Positions 8,720-15,988 of a DNA stretch of 64,000 nucleotides are shown in pieces. The stretch is taken from the NCBI GenBank assembly GCA_045579045.1, contig JAZNLL010000027.1:4724-68723 (forward strand), read 5' to 3'. The position numbers were made by a program, and so were the translations under genes. The stretch comes from Candidatus Avilachnospira sp. Lineage in GTDB: Bacteria > Bacillota > Clostridia > Oscillospirales > Oscillospiraceae. The notes beneath the pieces were generated by a model. The model was not told the origin of the DNA and ran no database searches. It was given only the letters and a program-made list of their open reading frames with translations. Every line of letters starts with the position of its first letter. The first letter of the stretch is position 1.

Positions 8720-8991
8720 ATACACATTAGAAAAAACGTTGACGGAAAATCCTTTCTGTTCAGAAGCTTCAGAGAGCCGGTGGCTGCTGCGAACCGGTGC
8801 GGAGAACAGATCGGTCTGCTTCCTGAGTTGGCTCTGTGAACCCGTTTCGGACGGTCAGTAATGGAGCCCGGCCTCCTCCGTTACCGGGATAGGACTTACT
8901 GGAGTCCGATGAGAGACCCCGTTCCGGGGTAATCAGGGTGGTACCGCGAATAATTTTCGTCCCTGAGGTCTTGTGACCTCAGGGATTTTTT
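8720..8991 (+). promoter_or_regulatory. T-box leader, specifier probably CUG (Leu), with its promoter just upstream
   Basis: Promoter: -35 TTGACA (8685..8690), 17 nt, -10 TTAAAT (8708..8713). Base GACGGAA, AG bulge AGAGAG (8771..8776). F-box CCGUUA (8878..8883). T-box core AAUCAGGGUGGUACCGCGAA (8931..8950). Terminator CCCUGAGGUC...GACCUCAGGG + U6 (8961..8991). Specifier CUG 8816..8818 in the register CUG-C-UUCC-UGAG; the base after the codon is C rather than the usual purine, so confidence in the codon is lower. Confidence 0.8.
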
Positions 8992-9013
8992 CATTCCAAA
9001 GGAGCTGTATATT

Positions 9014-10420
9014 ATGAAAATGATCAAACTGTCCGATGTCACCATGAAGCAGGTTGTCGACGGTTTCAGCCTGTCTTTCAAAGAGAAGATCGAACTGGCA
9101 AAGCTGCTGGATAAATTGGGAGTCTGTGTCATCGAACTGGAAGGCATCGAAAACGCCCGCATTGACAGTCTGCGAATCAAGTCCATCGCTTCGTCTGTGA
9201 CTAACAGCATTGTTGCCGTTCCCGTTCAGTTGACGGCAGACAGCCCCGCTCAGGTTTGGTCTGCTCTGCAGCAGGCAAAGCTTCCCCGCCTGCAGGTCTG
9301 CGGTGCCGTCAGCGCCGTTCAGATGGAGTATCTGTTCCACAAAAAGCAGGATGCCATGCAGAAAGCCATCGTGGACACCATCACCGCCTGCAAGGCCTTG
9401 TGTGCCGATGTGGAGTTCCTGGCCGACGATGCCACCCGTGCAGATCCCGCGTTCCTCGCCTCCACTTTGAAAGCCGCTATCGCTGCCGGTGCGACAACCG
9501 TCACCGTCTGTGATACTGCCGGTTCCATGCTGCCTGCCGAGTTCGCTCAGTTCATCAAGGAACTGTATGAGGCCGTTCCCGAAATGAAGAATGTCAATGT
9601 GGGTGTCAGCTGCTGTAACACCCTGTCCATGGCTGATGCCTGTGCCATCGCCGCTGTCGGTGAAGGTGTCACCGAACTGAAATCTGCCGCATATCCCATC
9701 GATGTTGCCAGCCTTGCCAATCTGGCAAAACTGCTGTCCGCCAGAGGGGATTGCTTCCATGTAAGCACTTCCGTTCAGATGACCCAGCTGAGCCGCATCA
9801 TGGACCGTGTGTATCAGATCTGCCAGACCGGTAGCACAAAGGGTTCTGCAATGACCGCAGCCCAGACAGATTCCGATATTTATCTGACCGCCCACGACGA
9901 CGTTGCAGCCGTGACCAAGGTTGCCGAACAGTTGGGTTACGATCTTTCTGAAGACGACAGCATGAAGGTCTATGAAGCCTTCAAGCAGATCGCCGCCAAG
10001 AAAGAACAGGTCAGCTCCAAGGAACTGGATGCCATTATCGCCTCTGCCGCATTGCAGGTACCTCCCACCTACAAGCTGGATACCTTCGTGATTACCTCCG
10101 GCAACACCATTTCTTCCACCGCTCATATCAAGCTGATGAAGAACGGTCAGCCCATGGAAGGTGTTTCCATCGGAGACGGCCCCATCGATGCCGCCTTTGT
10201 TGCCATCGAAAACATCACCGGCTGCCATTACGAGCTGGATGACTTCCAGCTGCAGGCTGTGACCGAGGGCCGCAGCGCCATGGGTCAGACCGTGGTGAAA
10301 CTCCGCAGCGGCGGCAAGGTCTATTCCGGCAAGGGCATTTCTACGGACATTGTGGCAGCCGGTATCCATGCCTACCTGAGTGCTCTGAACAAGATCGTTT
10401 ATGAGGAGGAAGAAGCATGA
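9014..10420 (+). CDS. LeuA/CimA-family (HMGL-like TIM barrel + LeuA regulatory domain) protein with degenerate active site
   Basis: 468 aa, collinear with 2-isopropylmalate synthase. DTTLRDGEQ is replaced by DVTMKQVVD and H-x-H-D-D by SCCNT. The C-terminal GDGPIDAAFVAIENI...GISTDIVAAGIHAYLSALN is a well-preserved LeuA_dimer regulatory domain. Confidence 0.75.
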   Translation: MKMIKLSDVTMKQVVDGFSLSFKEKIELAKLLDKLGVCVIELEGIENARIDSLRIKSIASSVTNSIVAVPVQLTADSPAQVWSALQQAKLPRLQVCGAVSAVQMEYLFHKKQDAMQKAIVDTITACKALCADVEFLADDATRADPAFLASTLKAAIAAGATTVTVCDTAGSMLPAEFAQFIKELYEAVPEMKNVNVGVSCCNTLSMADACAIAAVGEGVTELKSAAYPIDVASLANLAKLLSARGDCFHVSTSVQMTQLSRIMDRVYQICQTGSTKGSAMTAAQTDSDIYLTAHDDVAAVTKVAEQLGYDLSEDDSMKVYEAFKQIAAKKEQVSSKELDAIIASAALQVPPTYKLDTFVITSGNTISSTAHIKLMKNGQPMEGVSIGDGPIDAAFVAIENITGCHYELDDFQLQAVTEGRSAMGQTVVKLRSGGKVYSGKGISTDIVAAGIHAYLSALNKIVYEEEEA

Positions 10421-12930
10421 GACTCTCATTCTCTACCAGAGGCTGGCCCAGCTTAACCTGGGATGAAATGGTAGATACCGCTCTGGACATGGGCTTTACC
10501 GGTATCGAAGTGTATAATCTGCCTAAATTTGATGAGATGCTGGCCAAAGGCGGCCCCTTCCACCAATACCAGACAGCCGCCACTGTTCGTGATCTTCGGG
10601 AAAAGAAGCTGACGATCCCCTGCTTCGACACCTCCTGCGATCTGTCCGCAGATCCCGATGCCGTAGCAGTTCTGACCAATTTGATCGAAATCGCCAAAAA
10701 TGCACAAGTCAAGCACGTAGTCGCCTGCGCGCTGAGCGACAAGGAAGAAGTCGTTCGTGATGCATTATGTCAACTTGTTCCTGTGGCAGAAAAGGCCGGT
10801 GTTTCTCTGCTTCTCAAGACCAGCGGCATCTATGCCGACACCGCCCGTCTGCGGAATATGCTGGATCAGTTCGCCAGCGACAATCTGGGTGCCCTTTGGG
10901 ATGTCCACCATCCTTACCGGGATTTTGGTGAAAGCGGCGATGCCACCATCAAGAACCTGGGTTCCTATGTTTGCCATGTCCACCTGCGCGATTCCGATGA
11001 CGAAGGCACCTATCAGCTCATCGGTGAAGGCACCATGCCCATTGCCGATGTGATGCGTGCCCTTTCCTCCGTCAATTACGATGGTTTCATCTCTTTGGAA
11101 TGGAAGCCGGAATGGCTGGAGGATCTGCAGGACCCGGAGATCATCTTCCCCTACTTCGTCAATTACATGGCCCGGTTCCATTCCACCCGGGGCATGAAGA
11201 AGAAGCTCTATCCCAACCACGACGGTACCGGTCAGTACATCTGGAAAAAGGATGAACTCATCAACCTGACCTTCCCTCAGGTTCTGGACCGTGTGGCAGA
11301 AGAGTTCCCGGACCAGTACTGCTTTAAGTACACCACCCTGGATTACACCCGAACCTATGCCCAGTTCCGCGAAGATGTGGATCGGTTCGCCAGAGCACTG
11401 GTGTCCATGGGCGTCAAGGCCGGCTCCAAGGTAGCCATCTGGGCAACCAATGTGCCTGCCTGGTTCATCACCTTCTGGGCAACTACCAAAATCGGTGCCG
11501 TTCTGGTCACAGTCAATACTGCCTATAAGATTCACGAAGCGGAATATCTGCTCCGCCAGTCCGACACCCACACGCTGGTCATGATCGACAGCTGTCTGGA
11601 TTCCAACTATGCCCGGATCATCAATGAACTCTGTCCCGAAATCGCCAAGACCAAGGCCGGCGATCCTCTCCACTGCAAGAGACTCCCCTTCCTGCGCAAT
11701 GTCATCACCGTTGGCTTCAAGCAGCCCGGCTGTCTGACCTTCGACGAGGCCATGGCAAGATATGAACTGGTCAGCCGGGAGCAGGTCGCTCAGATGGCTG
11801 CCGCCGTCCGTCCCGACGATGTCTGCAACATGCAGTATACCTCCGGTACCACCGGTTTCCCGAAGGGTGTTATGTTAACTCACCACAACGTTGTCAACAA
11901 CGGCAAATGCATCGGTGACCGCATGGGTCTTTCCACTGCCGACCGCATGATGATTCAGGTTCCTATGTTCCACTGCTTCGGCATGACCCTTTCCATGACC
12001 TCCTCCATGACCCATGGCGCCACCATGTGTCCCATGCCCTACTTCTCCGCTACATCTTCCCTCGCCTGCATCAATCAGGAGAAGATCACAGTTTTCAATG
12101 GTGTTCCCACCATGTTCATTGCCATGTTCAACCATCCGGATTACCGGAAAACCGATTTCTCCCATATGCGAACCGGCATCATGGCAGGTGCAGGCTGTCC
12201 TCCCGAACTGATGCGCAGAGCCGCACAGCCTGATGAAATGAACATGTACGGCATTGTCAGTGTTTATGGACAGACCGAATGTGCTCCCGGCAACACCATG
12301 AGTTCCTGGACGGATTCTCTGGAAGTCCGCACCGACACCGTCGGCTATGCCTTCCCCCATGTGCAGTGCAAGATCATCGATCCCGAAACCGGAGAAGAAG
12401 TCGGTCCCGGTGTCAACGGTGAATTCTGTGCCAAGGGCTACAACACCATGAAGGGTTATTACAAAATGCCTCAGGCAACTGCCGACACCATTGATGCAGA
12501 AGGCTGGCTCCATTCCGGCGACCTGGCCTGCAGGGATGAAGACGGCAACTATCGGATCACCGGCCGTCTGAAAGATATGATTATCCGCGGCGGTGAAAAC
12601 ATCTATCCCAAGGAGATTGAGGAATTTATCTACACCCATCCCCAGACCAAGGATGTTCAGGTCATCGGTGTTCCCGACAAGAAATACGGCGAAGAGATCA
12701 TGGCCTGTATCATTCTGAAGGAACCCGGCTCTGTGACCGTGGAAGAAATGACCGCCTACATCAAGGCCAGCATGGCACGGCATAAGGTTCCCAAATACAT
12801 CTCCTTCGTGGACAGCTTCCCCATGAATGCCGCAGGTAAGATTCTGAAGTATAAAATGCGCGAAGCTGCCGCTAAGGAACTGGGCTTGGTCGGTGACGGT
12901 GCCGATACGGCAGGCCCCGGCAAAGTATAA
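10417..12930 (+). CDS. Xylose-isomerase-like TIM barrel (sugar-phosphate isomerase/epimerase fold) fused to an AMP-dependent acyl-CoA synthetase (paralog 3, FadD-like)
   Basis: 837 aa. The N-terminal ~260 aa have AP_endonuc_2-like features (MRLSFSTRGW..., HVHLRD, ISLEW). The C-terminal ~570 aa have YTSGTTGFPKG, GYYK, SGD, GRLKD, GKILK. Start overlaps the upstream stop (ATGA). Confidence 0.8.
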   Translation: MRLSFSTRGWPSLTWDEMVDTALDMGFTGIEVYNLPKFDEMLAKGGPFHQYQTAATVRDLREKKLTIPCFDTSCDLSADPDAVAVLTNLIEIAKNAQVKHVVACALSDKEEVVRDALCQLVPVAEKAGVSLLLKTSGIYADTARLRNMLDQFASDNLGALWDVHHPYRDFGESGDATIKNLGSYVCHVHLRDSDDEGTYQLIGEGTMPIADVMRALSSVNYDGFISLEWKPEWLEDLQDPEIIFPYFVNYMARFHSTRGMKKKLYPNHDGTGQYIWKKDELINLTFPQVLDRVAEEFPDQYCFKYTTLDYTRTYAQFREDVDRFARALVSMGVKAGSKVAIWATNVPAWFITFWATTKIGAVLVTVNTAYKIHEAEYLLRQSDTHTLVMIDSCLDSNYARIINELCPEIAKTKAGDPLHCKRLPFLRNVITVGFKQPGCLTFDEAMARYELVSREQVAQMAAAVRPDDVCNMQYTSGTTGFPKGVMLTHHNVVNNGKCIGDRMGLSTADRMMIQVPMFHCFGMTLSMTSSMTHGATMCPMPYFSATSSLACINQEKITVFNGVPTMFIAMFNHPDYRKTDFSHMRTGIMAGAGCPPELMRRAAQPDEMNMYGIVSVYGQTECAPGNTMSSWTDSLEVRTDTVGYAFPHVQCKIIDPETGEEVGPGVNGEFCAKGYNTMKGYYKMPQATADTIDAEGWLHSGDLACRDEDGNYRITGRLKDMIIRGGENIYPKEIEEFIYTHPQTKDVQVIGVPDKKYGEEIMACIILKEPGSVTVEEMTAYIKASMARHKVPKYISFVDSFPMNAAGKILKYKMREAAAKELGLVGDGADTAGPGKV

Positions 12931-13004
12931 CCGGATCACCCTCTCCCCTGATGCAGATGTTCTGTATCAGGGGCAGCATTTGACTTTGAAAAGAGATAAT
13001 CGCA

Positions 13005-13718
13005 ATGAAATGGAAAGAATTTTTTGCCGGTGTTAAAGCCGGCATGCCGGTATGCATCGGATATTTCTCCGTCAGCTTCGGTTTCGGTGCCATGGCTGTG
13101 GCACAGGGTCTGACCATTTGGCAGGCCATTCTGATCTCTGCCTCCAATCTGACCAGCGCAGGTCAGTTCGCAGGTCTGACGGTCATTTCCGCCGGTGCAG
13201 CCATTGTAGAAATGATACTGACCCAGCTGGTCATCAACAGTCGCTATGCACTGATGAGTCTTGCTCTGGGCCCTCGGTTCGGCCCCAATGTAGGAACAGG
13301 AAAGCGGCTTTTTGCCGCCTTCTTCAACACAGACGAGGTCTTTGCTCTGGGCATGTCCAGAGGTAAAAACCTGACAACCGCCTTCTTTGTCGGTGCCGGT
13401 GTGATCTCTGCCGTTGGCTGGACAAGCGGTACCGCCATGGGAGCCATCGCCGGCTCTCTGCTGCCGGAATCTATTCGTATGGCACTGGGTGTCATGCTCT
13501 ACGGTATGTTCATCGCCATTGTCGTTCCACAGGCAAAAGAAGAAAAGCCGCTTTTGGCTTCCGTGGTGCTGGCATTGGTCTTTAGCTGCCTGTTTGCATG
13601 GCTTCCCCTTCTGAAGCAGGTCTCTGCCGGTCTGGCAATCGTCATCTGCACGGTTGCAGCAGCTTCCGTGTGTGCCCTGCTGTTCCCCGTGAAGGAAGAA
13701 GAGGAGGCTGCACCATGA
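13005..13718 (+). CDS. azlC: AzlC-family branched-chain amino acid transport protein
   Basis: 237 aa polytopic protein. N-terminus FFAGVKAGMPVCIGYFSVSFGFGAMA...SNLTSAGQFAG is typical of AzlC. Confidence 0.8.
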   Translation: MKWKEFFAGVKAGMPVCIGYFSVSFGFGAMAVAQGLTIWQAILISASNLTSAGQFAGLTVISAGAAIVEMILTQLVINSRYALMSLALGPRFGPNVGTGKRLFAAFFNTDEVFALGMSRGKNLTTAFFVGAGVISAVGWTSGTAMGAIAGSLLPESIRMALGVMLYGMFIAIVVPQAKEEKPLLASVVLALVFSCLFAWLPLLKQVSAGLAIVICTVAAASVCALLFPVKEEEEAAP

Positions 13719-14023
13719 GTATTTATGTTTATATTCTTGTCATGGCAGTCACGACGTATCTGATCCGGGCACTGCCTCTTACCCTGCTGAAGAAGCCCAT
13801 TCAAAACCGGTTTTTGAAATCATTTTTGCACTATGTTCCTACCGCCTGTCTGACCGCAATGACCTTTCCCGCCATCCTTTCCGCCACAGAAAACTGGATC
13901 AGTGGTGCCATCGGTCTGGCCGTCGGTGTTCTGCTGGCATTGAAAAAGAAAAGCCTGATCGTGGTGGCCGTCGCAAGCTGCGCAGCCGTGTTCCTCACGG
14001 AACAGATCATCAAATATATATAA
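13715..14023 (+). CDS. azlD: AzlD-family branched-chain amino acid transport protein
   Basis: ORF 13598..14023 trimmed to ATG 13715 (MSIYVYILVMAVTTYLIRALP), overlapping the azlC stop (ATGA). ~100 aa hydrophobic partner of AzlC. Confidence 0.75.
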   Translation: MSIYVYILVMAVTTYLIRALPLTLLKKPIQNRFLKSFLHYVPTACLTAMTFPAILSATENWISGAIGLAVGVLLALKKKSLIVVAVASCAAVFLTEQIIKYI

Positions 14024-14025
14024 TA

Positions 14026-14055
14026 AATATCCCCCCGCATAGCGGGGGGATATTT
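14026..14055. terminator. Bidirectional intrinsic terminator between convergent azlD and the ACT-MBL gene
   Basis: AATATCCCCCCGC-ATA-GCGGGGGGATATT palindrome flanked by A/T runs. Confidence 0.75.
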
Positions 14056-15511
14056 ATTTTACAGAATAGTCCGCTGGTGATCCATGGGAGCCGAAAATCT
14101 TCCAATCTCCAACGCCCAATCTTCGCATAATGGCTTTTCTTTCATCACTGCAGAGCTTGGGGTCTGTATCTACAGAAGTCATCAGGATCGGTGCATACTG
14201 ATTGTACGCAGCCTGTTCCGAAGTCAGCCCGTGCGTGTTGATATAGACATCACCTGTAAACGCAATATTGTTATGATAGTCGATCAGAACGATTTCGCCC
14301 GGCAAATGGCCCCCTTTTCCTTCGTACACTTCAAAATGCAAGTCACCGAAGTCAAAAAAACCGATCTGTGTCAGCGGCTCCCGCAGATCCGGGATGTTTT
14401 GCCACGGCGTTTTCAGCTTTTCGGGGTCGATAGCCTTGTAGGATGTAAGGGTTTTACAAATGCTGATATACGGTTTATGCAGCGGATTCTGCTCCCGGAA
14501 ACCGTTGTCTCCGTAGAATTCATTCTGCAGACTCAACGCAGATCTGCAGCTGACGATCACTTCATCAAATTCGTTCATCAGACCACAGTGATCCACATCT
14601 GCATGGGTTAGGAGCAAGCACTTGGGAAGCCTGTTAAATTCGGGAACAACCGTCTGCATTACCGAAAGCATTTCATCTCTGTAGCAGGCATAGCCGCTGT
14701 CAATGCAAAGTATCTTCCCAAAACTCTTGATGATCGCAGTATTGCTTCCGCAAGCAGGTTCGATCAGAATGATTTCTGTATTCGGTGTGATGGTATGTGT
14801 TGTGATTCTGGGAACAAATCGGTCACTCTTAGACTTCGCCAGCAGTTCGGCAAATTTGCTGATACTGTCAAAAGTCCGGTAAGGCGATAACCCCTGTTCA
14901 TCCAGCGTCTGCATCGCAAGATTGGAGGATACCAAAAGGCACTGCTTCTGTTCATCACTGAGATCTAGCAGCTGCGAAAGACCGCGTACGAAGGCACTGT
15001 AGAAAATGCTGTTGTCGTAAGCTCGTTCGGAACTGTTGTAATCAATCGCTCTGACTTTACACAGCCGTTCCGCCTGCTCAATAAAAGCCGTGATTCGATC
15101 GGGATCTTCCACATGCAGACCCATTTTGAAATGCTGATAATCCGTCCCGTTTTCCTGAGAATTGATGTAGGAGATATTGAAATTGAATGTGTTAATCAGT
15201 TCAAGGACATCCGTAACACTGCCGGGGACATCTCTCAGCCAGAACTCAAGCAAAACAATGCTGGAATTTCCGGCATTATCCTGAAGATATCCGATTTTTT
15301 CCAGTTCCAGATCCGCTTTTAGTATTTGCTCCTCTGTGCCGTCCACATCCAAAAACAGCATATGAGAGTCCACCGCTTTGTCATAGCTGACACGGGTAAT
15401 ATTTATGCCAAGATCCGCAAAGCATTTGCTGGCCTTCAGAAATGCTCCGATATGGTTTGGCATCGAGGTTGCATAGGTTTTTTTCACAGTAATCACCGCC
15501 AATTGCATCAT
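14054..15511 (-). CDS. Tandem ACT-like domains fused to an MBL-fold metallo-hydrolase
   Basis: 485 aa. Two ACT-like beta-alpha-beta-beta-alpha-beta segments in the first ~160 aa. C-terminal MBL signature LLLTHADVDHCG, later GGHLPGE, FTGD, GSHG. Confidence 0.6.
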   Translation of the reverse strand: MMQLAVITVKKTYATSMPNHIGAFLKASKCFADLGINITRVSYDKAVDSHMLFLDVDGTEEQILKADLELEKIGYLQDNAGNSSIVLLEFWLRDVPGSVTDVLELINTFNFNISYINSQENGTDYQHFKMGLHVEDPDRITAFIEQAERLCKVRAIDYNSSERAYDNSIFYSAFVRGLSQLLDLSDEQKQCLLVSSNLAMQTLDEQGLSPYRTFDSISKFAELLAKSKSDRFVPRITTHTITPNTEIILIEPACGSNTAIIKSFGKILCIDSGYACYRDEMLSVMQTVVPEFNRLPKCLLLTHADVDHCGLMNEFDEVIVSCRSALSLQNEFYGDNGFREQNPLHKPYISICKTLTSYKAIDPEKLKTPWQNIPDLREPLTQIGFFDFGDLHFEVYEGKGGHLPGEIVLIDYHNNIAFTGDVYINTHGLTSEQAAYNQYAPILMTSVDTDPKLCSDERKAIMRRLGVGDWKIFGSHGSPADYSVK

Positions 15512-15543
15512 GCTCGCACGTCCAGATCATCAATCTGCTGCGC

Positions 15544-15978
15544 TCACCGTTCTTCTCTGCATTTCACAACCGCCTCGGTCACATTGCTTATGACATGGAC
15601 ATTGTGTTGGTTGTATACTTCAATGGTGATCTCCACAATTCCGTTTCTGCTGCTGCGCTGCACAAGATTGGTGATCTCCGCTTTGCCGCGGAGAATATCT
15701 CCTGCATAGACTGGCCTGTGCCATTCAATTCTGGTGGATTTTCCTGCAATCAGTGCTTCTCCCACCAGATCCTGCTCCAGATACTTTGCCCACACCGACA
15801 TAAAGGACATTACACCGGGTGCGATCAGCTGACCGAAGGGAGAGGCTTTTGCATATTCCTCATCGGTGTGCAGAGGGATATTGTCGTAATCACGGGCAAA
15901 CGCCATCATTTTTTCTTTTTCGATAACCGTCGGTGCGATCTCAACGGTCATACCCAGTTTTAAATCTTCAAAATACAT
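15544..15978 (-). CDS. MaoC-like (R-specific enoyl-CoA hydratase / hot-dog fold) dehydratase
   Basis: 144 aa. IPLHTDEEYAKASPFGQLIAPG is the MaoC dehydratase signature. Confidence 0.75.
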   Translation of the reverse strand: MYFEDLKLGMTVEIAPTVIEKEKMMAFARDYDNIPLHTDEEYAKASPFGQLIAPGVMSFMSVWAKYLEQDLVGEALIAGKSTRIEWHRPVYAGDILRGKAEITNLVQRSSRNGIVEITIEVYNQHNVHVISNVTEAVVKCREER

Positions 15979-15988
15979 AGCTTTCCTA

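Noticed and set aside
8803-8843. Alternative specifier readings for the plus-strand T-box: AUC at 8812..8814, GAA-CAG-A at 8806..8812, and GAA-CCC-G at 8838..8844.
   Set aside because: They do not sit next to the basal GGAA/UUCC stem and K-turn (GACGGAA ... UUCC-UGAG) that aligns with the other three leaders. CUG remains provisional because the following base is C.
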